The position numbers were made by a program, and so were the translations under genes. DNA of 32,000 nt from Nitratidesulfovibrio vulgaris str. Hildenborough (GTDB lineage Bacteria > Desulfobacterota > Desulfovibrionia > Desulfovibrionales > Desulfovibrionaceae): positions 330,001-362,000 of the forward strand of contig NC_002937.3 in NCBI RefSeq assembly GCF_000195755.1, written 5' to 3'. Under the pieces are notes generated by a model. It made no database searches. It was not told the origin of the DNA and saw nothing but the letters and a program-made list of their open reading frames with translations. Shown piece after piece: positions 23,329-31,449 of this stretch. Numbering within the stretch: position 1 is the stretch's first letter; the number at the start of each line of letters is the position of its first letter.

Positions 23329-23763
23329 TCACATGGCCTCGGCCTGTGGCTGGGGCACGGGGAAGACGGTGTCGTAGGCGAGGTTGAAGAGGAAGGCGTA
23401 CACGGGCACCAGCACGAGATAGCCCGCGTCAAGCAGCACCGCTTCGACGAATCCGAAGTCGAGCATGTACATGATGAGCGGCACTGAGACGAAGGCGAAG
23501 CCTATCTCGAAGGTGATGGCGTGGGCGGCGCGCAGCCAGAAAGGACGTGGCGCAAGCGGTCTGCCCAATCGCAGCAGCATCCTGTCGAAGGCGACGTTGT
23601 AGAGATAGTTCCATAACATGGCGAGGGTGCTCATGATGACGCTGAGCATCCCGAAGGAATGGGCGGGTACGCCGAGAACGCCCGGAAGGACGAGTACGGT
23701 GGTGGTGATGAGCAGGATTTCGAACAGCAGGGTGTGACGAATCCTGTCGGCACGGGTACGCAT
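23329..23763 (-). CDS. PACE-family (AceI-like, bacterial transmembrane pair) efflux protein
   Basis: The ATG at 23763 has AAGGAG upstream. It has 4 predicted TM segments, and the duplicated motif R..H...FE is present as RIRHTLLFEILL and LRAAHAITFEIGF. Confidence 0.7.
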   Translation of the reverse strand: MRTRADRIRHTLLFEILLITTTVLVLPGVLGVPAHSFGMLSVIMSTLAMLWNYLYNVAFDRMLLRLGRPLAPRPFWLRAAHAITFEIGFAFVSVPLIMYMLDFGFVEAVLLDAGYLVLVPVYAFLFNLAYDTVFPVPQPQAEAM

Positions 23764-23797
23764 GAAAGGCTCCTTGCAACTGATGTCGCCGTGTTCT

Positions 23798-23845
23798 ATC
23801 TGGAAGACGGATTGATGCAAGTTAAAGTCTATCTGAAAAACAGAT
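23798..23845. promoter_or_regulatory. Two LysR-type (T-N11-A) boxes in the divergent PACE/LysR intergenic region
   Basis: The boxes are ATCTGGAAGACGGAT (23798-23812) and the perfect inverted repeat ATCTGAAAAACAGAT (23831-23845). Each is preceded by TCT, and their centres are ~33 bp apart. Confidence 0.55.
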
Positions 23846-23855
23846 GGAGGCGAGG

Positions 23856-24776
23856 GTGCAGTACAGCTGGGAACAGGTAGAGGCCTTTGTCAGGGCAGCC
23901 CGTCTGGGCTCTTTCTCCGCCGCGGCGCGCGAGTTGGGCAAGGCCCAGTCGGCAGTGAGCACGGCCATCGCCAACCTCGAGGCGGACCTTGGCGTGAATC
24001 TCTTCGACCGTGCCGGACATCTGCCGGTACTGACCCCCGAAGGTGAGGCGCTGCTTGGTGATGCGGAGCGGTTGCTGGCGCGTGGAGAACGCTTCGGCAG
24101 CAGGGCGGCGACGCTCGCCACGGGGGTCGAACCGCGCCTTGTGCTGGCGGTGGACGAGCTTGCGTGGGGGCCTGCCCTCGTGGACAGGCTCACCGGGTTC
24201 GCGGAACGCTGGCCGGATGTGGAGATGGAGTTCCTGTTCGGCATCGTGGGGGATATCGCCCTCATGGTGGCCGAGGGGCGGGCGCACATGGGTATCATGG
24301 TCCCCTTGGCCGACCCGCGGGGGCGCAGGGTCTATGCCGAGGAGGCTTGGCGTGACGCCGAAAGCAGGCTGGCGGGGCTGGACTACTTTCCGGCAGGGGC
24401 CGTGCCAGCACTGCCCGTGGTGGCGGCGGGGCATCCGCTGGCGGGACGCCGTGCGGTGTCACCGGATGAACTGGAGGCGCTGCGCCAACTGGACATCACC
24501 AGCCGGGGCGGAGAGCGTCCCGATGCCCTGTCGGGGCAGGTGTGGCGCGTGGACAGCTACTGGGCGCTTCGCGACCTCGTACGTGCCGGACTGGGCTGGG
24601 CCTACCTGCCGGAAAGTCTTGCCGCATCCGACCTCGATGCGGGCAGGCTGGTGCGCCTCGACCTTGCCCCCGCGGGCGAGGTCTGGCGGTGGCCGTTGTA
24701 CCTCGTCCGTGATGCTAGGCGCGCACCGGGCCCAGCGGCGCGGTGGCTTCTGGAGGCACTGGCGAAGGCCGTCTAG
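23856..24776 (+). CDS. LysR-family transcriptional regulator (AceR-like position)
   Basis: The wHTH region reads WEQVEAFVRAARLGSFSAAARELGKAQSAVSTAIANLEADLGVNLFDR. The GTG at 23856 has GGAGG 5 nt upstream. The alternative ATG at 23844 has no SD. Confidence 0.88.
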   Translation: MQYSWEQVEAFVRAARLGSFSAAARELGKAQSAVSTAIANLEADLGVNLFDRAGHLPVLTPEGEALLGDAERLLARGERFGSRAATLATGVEPRLVLAVDELAWGPALVDRLTGFAERWPDVEMEFLFGIVGDIALMVAEGRAHMGIMVPLADPRGRRVYAEEAWRDAESRLAGLDYFPAGAVPALPVVAAGHPLAGRRAVSPDELEALRQLDITSRGGERPDALSGQVWRVDSYWALRDLVRAGLGWAYLPESLAASDLDAGRLVRLDLAPAGEVWRWPLYLVRDARRAPGPAARWLLEALAKAV

Positions 24777-24911
24777 GTGCAGGGGGACGGGGTGGCCCGA
24801 GTGCTGGTGGCGGCGCTGGTGACGTTGCCGGATGACGCCGGATGACGCCAATGGCTGCCGCATGGCGCAGGGTTGCCACGGGCGATGAAGGCGCGGGGCT
24901 GCGAAGGTGGG

Positions 24912-26225
24912 TCAGCTGGCTGCGAGGGCCAGAAGCTGTTCGTAGCAGCCGGGCAGGGGCTGCTGGTCGGTGATGTGCTGGCGCAGGAAGTCGTTGATGG
25001 GCCCCACCATGGCGATGGCCTTGTCGATGTCGGGGTTGGAACCCGTGGCGTAGGCCCCGATGTTGATCATGTCCTCGACCCGGCGGAAGGTCGCCATGTG
25101 GCGGGTGAGTATCCGGCCCGCGTTGACGATGTCGTCGGGGCAGATGTCGGTGCGAAGGCGGCTGATGGACTTGAGCACGTCGATGGCCGGAAAGTGCCCC
25201 TGGTCGGCAAGTTCACGCGTGAGCACGATGTGACCGTCGAGGATGGAGCGCACGGCGTCGGCGATGGGTTCGTTGAAGTCGTCGCCATCCACCAGGACGG
25301 TGTAGATGCCGGTGATGGTCCCCTCGGGGCTGCGGCCCGCACGTTCGAGAAGGCGTGGCAACTGGGCGAAGACGGTGGGCGTGTAACCCTTGGTGGTGGG
25401 CGGTTCACCCACGGCGAGGCCCACTTCGCGGGCAGCCATGGCGAAGCGCGTCACCGAGTCCATCATCAGCAGCACGTCCTTGCCCTGGTCGCGGAAGAAC
25501 TCCGCCACGGCGGTGGCTGCGTAGGCCGCGCGCATCCGCACCAGCGGAGACTGGTCCGAGGTCGCCACCACGAGCACCGAACGGGCCATGCCCTCCGGGC
25601 CGAGGTCCTTCTCCATGAACTCGACCACTTCTCGCCCGCGTTCGCCGATGAGACCGATGACGTTGACCTGCGCCTCGGTGTAGCGGGCCATCATGCCCAT
25701 GAGCGTTGACTTGCCGACGCCGGAACCCGCCATGATGCCCACTCGCTGCCCGCGGCCGAGGGTCAGCAGGCTGTTGATGCAGCGCACGCCCACGTCCAGC
25801 GGCGTGTCGATGCGCGGCCGGGTGAGGGGGTTGGGTGGCGAGGCGTAGAGGGGGGCCCATGCCTCCGGCATGACGGGCGTGCCGCCATCGAGGGGGGCGC
25901 CGAAGGCGTCGAAAGCCCGGCCCAGCAGTCCTTCGCCCACGGGAAAGACCGGGGGAAGGCTGGAGTTGCGGATGAGGCTGCCGGGGCGCACCCCGCGCAG
26001 TTCACCGTAGGGCATGAAGAGCAACCGTCCGTCACGGAAGCCCACCACTTCGGCGGCGACGCTTTCACCGCCGTCATCGGGCAGCATGTGGCACACGGCA
26101 CCCAGTGGTGCCTTGATGCCGGAACCTTCGGCCACGAGGCCCACGACCTTGGTTATCTTGCCGAAGGTCTGCATGGGGGCGCATTCGCGCAGAAGGTCGA
26201 GACAGGCTCGCGGGCCGCCGCTCAT
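24912..26225 (-). CDS. fliI: Flagellum-specific ATPase
   Basis: Walker A is GSGVGKSTLMGMM, followed by LLMMDSVTRFAMAAREVGLAVGEPP. Its ATGA overlaps the fliH stop. Confidence 0.95.
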   Translation of the reverse strand: MSGGPRACLDLLRECAPMQTFGKITKVVGLVAEGSGIKAPLGAVCHMLPDDGGESVAAEVVGFRDGRLLFMPYGELRGVRPGSLIRNSSLPPVFPVGEGLLGRAFDAFGAPLDGGTPVMPEAWAPLYASPPNPLTRPRIDTPLDVGVRCINSLLTLGRGQRVGIMAGSGVGKSTLMGMMARYTEAQVNVIGLIGERGREVVEFMEKDLGPEGMARSVLVVATSDQSPLVRMRAAYAATAVAEFFRDQGKDVLLMMDSVTRFAMAAREVGLAVGEPPTTKGYTPTVFAQLPRLLERAGRSPEGTITGIYTVLVDGDDFNEPIADAVRSILDGHIVLTRELADQGHFPAIDVLKSISRLRTDICPDDIVNAGRILTRHMATFRRVEDMINIGAYATGSNPDIDKAIAMVGPINDFLRQHITDQQPLPGCYEQLLALAAS

Positions 26226-26974
26226 GCGTCGTTCCCCACGGGGCCGCTGCCAGACTTCTCGGCGGGCAGGGTCAGGTGCGCCAGCACCTCTTCGATGACG
26301 GCGCGGCGTGTCTCCATGCGGTTGTCCGCCATACCGTCGTCACTCTCGACCACCAGCCCGCCGGGGGCCATGGACGCATCGCCGCGCACCGTCCACGATT
26401 CGAGCCCCGCCAGTCTCTCTCTGGCGGCCTGCACCATGTCGGCCACGGCGGCCTCGTCTTCGGGATTGACCCTGATGATGAGGTGGCGGCGGCTGTCAAG
26501 GGCCTGTGCCGCCTGAACGAAGAGGGCGCGCAACACCTCTGCGCGCTCTTCGGCGAGTACCACGCCTGTGTAGCGTTCGACGCTGGCGCGCAGCAGGGCG
26601 ACGAGGTCTTCGCGCCATGTGCCGAAGATGGCAGAGCATTGCCCCTGTATGGCCTGCAACACGGCGGCCACCGAATCGCCCATGCCGACCCTGAATTCGT
26701 CGAGTTCGGCGCGTGCGGCATCCAGACCGGCGGCATAGCCCTCTTCATGGGCCTTCGCACGCAGGGCGTCGGCTTCACGACGGGCCTCGTCCAGCACCTC
26801 CCGGGCGCGGGCGGCGGCCTTCTCTCGGACGCGTTCCATGTATTCGGCTTCGGTGCGTTCGTCCCACAGTGGACGCCGCGTTCCCTCAAGGTCGGTGATG
26901 GTCGCCTCGTCCATGGGGCCCGGCCCCATGTAGATGGTGCCCCATCGTTTCGCCTCGCCGTCAGACGAAGACAT
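26222..26974 (-). CDS. fliH: Flagellar assembly protein FliH
   Basis: The call rests on its position between fliG and fliI, the charged coiled region EKAAARAREVLDEARREADALRAKAHEEGYAAG, and a FliH-like C-domain. GGAGG lies 5 nt upstream of the ATG at 26974. Confidence 0.8.
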   Translation of the reverse strand: MSSSDGEAKRWGTIYMGPGPMDEATITDLEGTRRPLWDERTEAEYMERVREKAAARAREVLDEARREADALRAKAHEEGYAAGLDAARAELDEFRVGMGDSVAAVLQAIQGQCSAIFGTWREDLVALLRASVERYTGVVLAEERAEVLRALFVQAAQALDSRRHLIIRVNPEDEAAVADMVQAARERLAGLESWTVRGDASMAPGGLVVESDDGMADNRMETRRAVIEEVLAHLTLPAEKSGSGPVGNDA

Positions 26975-27977
26975 CTCCGCCTCCGCGACCGATCATCACA
27001 CGGCCTTCGGCTTCGAGCCTGCGTACGGTCTTCACGATGTTCTGCTGCGCCGCCTCCACGTCCGAAAGGCGCGTGGGGCCCATGATTTCGAGGTCTTCCC
27101 GGATCATGGTGGCGGCGCGTTCCGACATGTTCTTGAAGAACTTCTCCTTGAGGTCGTCGGCGGAACCGCGCAGGGCCATGGTGAGGTCTTCGTTGGAGAT
27201 GTCCTTGAGCAGTTCGCGGATGCCGCGGTCGTCCAGCGAGGAGACGTCCTCGAACACGAACATGAGGTTGCGGATGTCTTCCGCCATCTGGGCCGATTCT
27301 TCCTCGATTTCGGCGATGACCTCCTCTTCGGTGGCGCGGTCGACGGCGTTGAGGATTTCGGCCACGGACTGGACACCGCCCACCTTCTTGCCTTCCTTGC
27401 CGCCCATGGCGATGAGCTGGCTTTGCAGCACCTTGTCCACTTCCATGAGCATGTCTTCGGGCACGGCTTCGAGCCGCGCGAGGCGCATGAGCACTTCGGT
27501 GCGGACACCGGCAGGCAGGTTGGTGAGCAGGTCGGCGGCGCGTTCCGACGGCATGTGCCCGAGGATGAGGGCCAGCGTCTGTGGATGTTCGTTGCGCAGT
27601 ATCTGGGCCAGCAGCCGGGGGCTGATGTTGCCCAGTTCGCGGAAGGGCGCAGGGCCGGACTCGAGGTTGAGCTGGTCCATTATGTACTTGGCCGTCTCGC
27701 TGTCGAGGTTCTTCATGAGCAGGCGCTTCACCGCATCCTGCCCGCCGGCGATCATCTCCTGCCCGGTGACGAGCGCGTGATGGAACTCGCGCAGGACATC
27801 CTCGACCACTTCCTTGGGCACCGTCTCCATTTCGACGATGGCCTTGGATACGGCGGCTATCTCCTGCCTGTCCATGCGCTTGAAGACTTCCGACGTGAAC
27901 TTGTCGCCCATGGCGAGCAACAGAACCGCGGTCTTCTCCGGGCCTTTAAGCTGCCCCGGCCTTTGTTCCTTCGTCAT
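26961..27977 (-). CDS. fliG: Flagellar motor switch protein FliG
   Basis: The sequence reads LKGPEKTAVLLLAMGDKFTSEVFKRMDRQEI...EDMLMEVDKVL...IRELLKDISNEDLTMALRGS...MSERAATMIREDLE. Confidence 0.95.
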   Translation of the reverse strand: MTKEQRPGQLKGPEKTAVLLLAMGDKFTSEVFKRMDRQEIAAVSKAIVEMETVPKEVVEDVLREFHHALVTGQEMIAGGQDAVKRLLMKNLDSETAKYIMDQLNLESGPAPFRELGNISPRLLAQILRNEHPQTLALILGHMPSERAADLLTNLPAGVRTEVLMRLARLEAVPEDMLMEVDKVLQSQLIAMGGKEGKKVGGVQSVAEILNAVDRATEEEVIAEIEEESAQMAEDIRNLMFVFEDVSSLDDRGIRELLKDISNEDLTMALRGSADDLKEKFFKNMSERAATMIREDLEIMGPTRLSDVEAAQQNIVKTVRRLEAEGRVMIGRGGGDVFV

Positions 27978-29562
27978 TTTTCAACCAGCTCCTGATGATG
28001 CCAACGGCCTGGTCCATGTTCTGCTCCGCGAGCTGCATGGCATGGGCCTTGATGTCTTCGATCTTGCGCAGCGCATCCAGTGCGTCCACTTCCTCGTCGC
28101 CTTCGATGAGCGCGAGACGCTCTTCGCCTGCGGGCAGCCCTTCAAGCCCTTCGATCATCTCGCCTTCGACCTTGGGCCTGATGAGGGCCATGACCACGGG
28201 CCTGACCACCAGCAGCAGGAAGAGGAAGACCAGCAGGGCGTTGAGCAGCGGCTTGCCGAGTCGCAGGGCGTAGTCGAGGAACAGTTGCGGCAGGCTCGCC
28301 TCCTGCGGCAGGTCGGGGCCGCCGAAGGAGATGGAGTTGACCTCCACGGTGTCGCCGCGTGCCCTGTCGTAACCCACGGCGCTGGAGACAAGCTGGCGGA
28401 TGCGCTGCATCTCTTCGGCGTTGCGCGGGACGAAGGTGTAGGTGCCGTCTGCAGCCTTCTCATACGTGCCGTCGACGATGACCGCAACGGAAAGACGGCT
28501 CAGGTCGCCCACGTTGGCGACGATGTTCTGCTCTTCTTTATTGATTTCGAAGTTGGTGGTGCGCGTCTCGCGCGTGCCTTCCTGCGTGCTGGCGCTGCCG
28601 GAGATGCCGTCGCCCCTGAAGTTGGCGTCGGGGGCACCTGCCTCGAGGTTGGCGCGGCCACGGGTGCTCTCTTCGCTGCGCTGTTCGGAACGCACCACGG
28701 TCTTCTCCGGGTCGTAGAGTTCACGCCGTATGGTGCGCTGGCTGAAGTCCACGTCGGCGTTGACCTTGGCGATGACCTTGCCGGGGCCGATGACAGGGTA
28801 GAGCAGTTCCTCGATGCGCCGTTCGAGGTTCTGTTGCAGGCGCATCTTGTATTCAAGCTGCGTGGTGGTGAGGCCCTGAAGGCTGTCGTCCTCGGTGGGG
28901 TAGTAGAGTATCTTGCCCGAGGTGTCGGCCACGGAGACACGGTTGCGGTCCATGCCCTCCACCGCCATGACCACGAGGTTGACGATGGCCTGCACGTCCT
29001 GTGCTTCCATCTTCTTGCCTTCGCGCAGCTTGACCACCACAGAGGCCGAGGGCTTCTGCTGCTCTTCGATGAACAGGCTGCGGTGGGGGATGACAAGGTG
29101 CACCCTTGCGGTCTCCACACCGGGGAATTCGCTGATGGTGCGGATGAGTTCGCCCTGAAGGGCACGCTGGTAGTTGATCTTCTGTACGAAGTCGGTCTGG
29201 CCGACCTTGAGGTCGTCGAATATCTCGAAGCCGATGCCCTGCCCCACGAGGTTGCCCTCGCCCGCCACCTTGATGCGCAGGTCGTACAGCTTGTCGGCGG
29301 GCACGAGCACCGTTCCGCCGTCGTTCTCGAGCTTGTACGGCACCTTGTTGGCCTGAAGCAGCTTCACCACGCGGTTGGCGTCTTCGCCTGCGAGGTTGGA
29401 GTACAGGACCCGGTAGTCCGGGCGGTTGATCCAGAGGATGAGCGTGAAGAAGATGCCGACGGTGACGAGCGCGAGCCCGACGATGAAGACGCGCTGGGAC
29501 ATGGAGATGCGCGACCAGAAGGCTCTTGCCTTGTCTGTGGCGTCGGTGATCATGGGAGACAT
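27946..29562 (-). CDS. fliF: Flagellar MS-ring protein FliF
   Basis: The N-terminal TM segment is followed by RPDYRVLYSNLAGEDANRVVKLLQANKVPYKLENDGGTVLVPADKLYDLRIKVA. GGAGGA lies upstream of the ATG at 29562. It overlaps fliG by 32 nt. Confidence 0.95.
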   Translation of the reverse strand: MSPMITDATDKARAFWSRISMSQRVFIVGLALVTVGIFFTLILWINRPDYRVLYSNLAGEDANRVVKLLQANKVPYKLENDGGTVLVPADKLYDLRIKVAGEGNLVGQGIGFEIFDDLKVGQTDFVQKINYQRALQGELIRTISEFPGVETARVHLVIPHRSLFIEEQQKPSASVVVKLREGKKMEAQDVQAIVNLVVMAVEGMDRNRVSVADTSGKILYYPTEDDSLQGLTTTQLEYKMRLQQNLERRIEELLYPVIGPGKVIAKVNADVDFSQRTIRRELYDPEKTVVRSEQRSEESTRGRANLEAGAPDANFRGDGISGSASTQEGTRETRTTNFEINKEEQNIVANVGDLSRLSVAVIVDGTYEKAADGTYTFVPRNAEEMQRIRQLVSSAVGYDRARGDTVEVNSISFGGPDLPQEASLPQLFLDYALRLGKPLLNALLVFLFLLLVVRPVVMALIRPKVEGEMIEGLEGLPAGEERLALIEGDEEVDALDALRKIEDIKAHAMQLAEQNMDQAVGIIRSWLKNDEGTKAGAA

Positions 29563-29613
29563 CGTTTCCTCCGGGGGCGGTCGGGCTGGCGGTGGAGTGG
29601 CGTTGCGGCGCGG

Positions 29614-29949
29614 CTAGAACTGGATGCGACTCAGTTCGCGGTAGGCTTCCATGACCTTGTTGCGCACGGCAGAGGTCATGCTCACGGCAAGCCCGGCCTT
29701 CTGCAGGGTGATCATCAGCTCATGCACGTTCTGCGTCTCGCCCGAGGCGAACGAGGTGATCATCTTGGATTTCTCGCCCTGCATCTCGTTCACCTTGCCG
29801 AGAGAGTCGGTGAGCGTCTCCGTGAACGACTTGCCGGGTGCCTGCCCCTGCTGTGGCAGCATGGCACCTGCGGACGTGGTCTTCTCGGCCTTGGTGAAGT
29901 TGGCGAGGGCGTTGGTGTAGGCCTTGAGGCCGATACTCTGGATGGTCAT
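29614..29949 (-). CDS. fliE: Flagellar hook-basal body complex protein FliE
   Basis: The 111-aa protein has the C-terminus HELMITLQKAGLAVSMTSAVRNKVMEAYRELSRIQF. It sits between flgC and fliF. Confidence 0.9.
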   Translation of the reverse strand: MTIQSIGLKAYTNALANFTKAEKTTSAGAMLPQQGQAPGKSFTETLTDSLGKVNEMQGEKSKMITSFASGETQNVHELMITLQKAGLAVSMTSAVRNKVMEAYRELSRIQF

Positions 29950-29963
29950 GTCGTTCTCCGTGC

Positions 29964-30401
29964 CTAGCGGCCTATTTCAAGGGCCTTGCTGTACATGGCC
30001 TTGACGGTGTCCACGGTGGTGACGTTGGCCTCGTAGCCGCGCTGGGCGGTCATGAGGTTGGCCATCTCCTCCACCACGTTGATGTCAGGGTACGAGACGA
30101 ACCCCTGCTGGTCGGCATCGGGGTGCCCCGGTTCGTACACGCGCTTGAAGGGCCGCTGGTCGCGTACCACGTTCATCACGCGCACACCGCGCAGTTCACG
30201 GTCGAGTGCAGACTCCATCTGCTTGCTGAAGGGGCCGTCCACCTCGGTGGCGGCCATGATGGTGGTCTTGCGGCGATAGGGGCCGCCCTCGGCCGTGCGC
30301 GTGGTCTTGGCGTTGGCGAGGTTCATCGAGATGATGTTCATGTTCGTGCGTTCCGCCGTGAGCGCGGAAGCGCCGATATCGAGCGCGGTCATGAAGTCCA
30401 T
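29964..30401 (-). CDS. flgC: Flagellar basal-body rod protein FlgC
   Basis: The sequence reads ALDIGASALTAERTNMNIISMNLANAKTT...SYPDINVVEEMANLMTAQRGYEANVTT. Confidence 0.95.
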   Translation of the reverse strand: MDFMTALDIGASALTAERTNMNIISMNLANAKTTRTAEGGPYRRKTTIMAATEVDGPFSKQMESALDRELRGVRVMNVVRDQRPFKRVYEPGHPDADQQGFVSYPDINVVEEMANLMTAQRGYEANVTTVDTVKAMYSKALEIGR

Positions 30402-30811
30402 TACTTCTGGCCCTCCATGATGATGGTCTTGATGCCTTCGAAGTTGCCTTTGATGACCGTGGCAAGGGCGTTGTACTGCAGCGACGCCTTGGCCATCTTG
30501 GTCATCTCCTTGTCCAGATTGACGCGGTCCTCACCGTGGACGACCCGCGGCTTGAAGGTCTTCGACCACTCAGGGCCGAAGCCCTCGGGGTCGAAGACGG
30601 CGGGCAGATGCTGTTTCTCGGTGATGGTCATGCGCCCTTTGGCGTCCAGCCCCAGTGCCGACTGAAGCTCCTTCTCGAACTCGAGCTCGCGCGGCTTGTA
30701 GCCGGGCGTGCGCACGTTCGCGATGTTGCTCATGACGACATTCTGACGCTGGAGTTGCATGTCCATGACCTTGCCCACAAGGTTCACGTGGGATTCATAC
30801 ATGTTTTTCAT
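30401..30811 (-). CDS. flgB: Flagellar basal-body rod protein FlgB
   Basis: The sequence contains QRQNVVMSNIANVRTPGYKPRELEF. GGAGGT lies upstream of the ATG at 30811. A TAATG junction links it to flgC. Confidence 0.92.
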   Translation of the reverse strand: MKNMYESHVNLVGKVMDMQLQRQNVVMSNIANVRTPGYKPRELEFEKELQSALGLDAKGRMTITEKQHLPAVFDPEGFGPEWSKTFKPRVVHGEDRVNLDKEMTKMAKASLQYNALATVIKGNFEGIKTIIMEGQK

Positions 30812-30884
30812 GCGGTTACCTCCGTATCGTCATGTCCGTGGCAGACGTTGCCGGTTGCGTGTCCGCTTCCGACGACAGGAGGAA

Positions 30885-30900
30885 AGCAAAAAGGGTTCCA
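30885..30900 (-). promoter_or_regulatory. Sigma-54 promoter candidate of the flgB-fliI operon
   Basis: On the minus strand it reads TGGAACCCTTTTTGCT (TGGAAC-N5-TTGCT, correct spacing). It ends ~74 nt upstream of the flgB ATG. Confidence 0.65.
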
Positions 30901-31336
30901 CGTATGATTTCGTTTCTATTCCAATGTGTTGAGTGGATTGTCAGGCGTGAGTGACGTCGGTAAGCCGTCGCCGGGAAGGTCGTCAGCACGTCTGTTTTGG
31001 TATGCACCAAGCCCCCGTGGGGGCGCAGGGGAGGCACCCTGTTACAATGGATAAAGGAAAGTATGCGGCGGACGGGGCGCTGGATGGCGACTGACATGGC
31101 GGGTTGTTTCCACAGGCATGGGTGGCTGCCGGCGGCGCAGGGGGGCTTCGCACCCTGCGGCACAGCTGGTGCAGGCATCCGTCGTGTGGCGTGAGGAAGG
31201 AGTTGCCTAGCGCAGCACTCAGGCGTACGAATCGCCTGCCTCTGGTGGACTTGCGGCGGCGGAAGGGTGACGTAATTGCCGGATGTCATCGTTGTGTGTT
31301 TCTGTAAGATGCTGTAAAAATGGAAGTTGATTTTTT

Positions 31337-31352
31337 GGGCATGGCGCTTGCT
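31337..31352 (+). promoter_or_regulatory. Sigma-54 promoter candidate of the downstream TPR gene
   Basis: The sequence is GGGCATGGCGCTTGCT (GGCAT-N5-TTGCT, correct spacing). It ends ~98 nt upstream of the ATG at 31450. Confidence 0.55.
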
Positions 31353-31449
31353 TGGTATCTCGTGCCTGCTCTGCCAGCGGCCCCCGTCATGCAGGCGGCA
31401 AGGGCGCGCAGACAAGGCTTCAACGTCCCACTGTCATGGAGGGGAAACC

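Noticed and set aside
24827-24849. GCCGGATGAC tandem duplication (2.3 copies) between the lysR and fliI stops
   Set aside because: It is a real repeat, but short and in a convergent 3' spacer with no associated structure. It is most simply a replication-slippage scar.
27814-29967. 717-aa ORF on the + strand
   Set aside because: It is antisense to fliG, fliF and fliE, all of which have clear flagellar signatures. It is a shadow ORF.
30816-31415. 199-aa ORF on the - strand upstream of flgB
   Set aside because: It uses rare codons, has no SD, and spans both sigma-54 promoter candidates. The product is Arg/His/Pro-rich and not protein-like.
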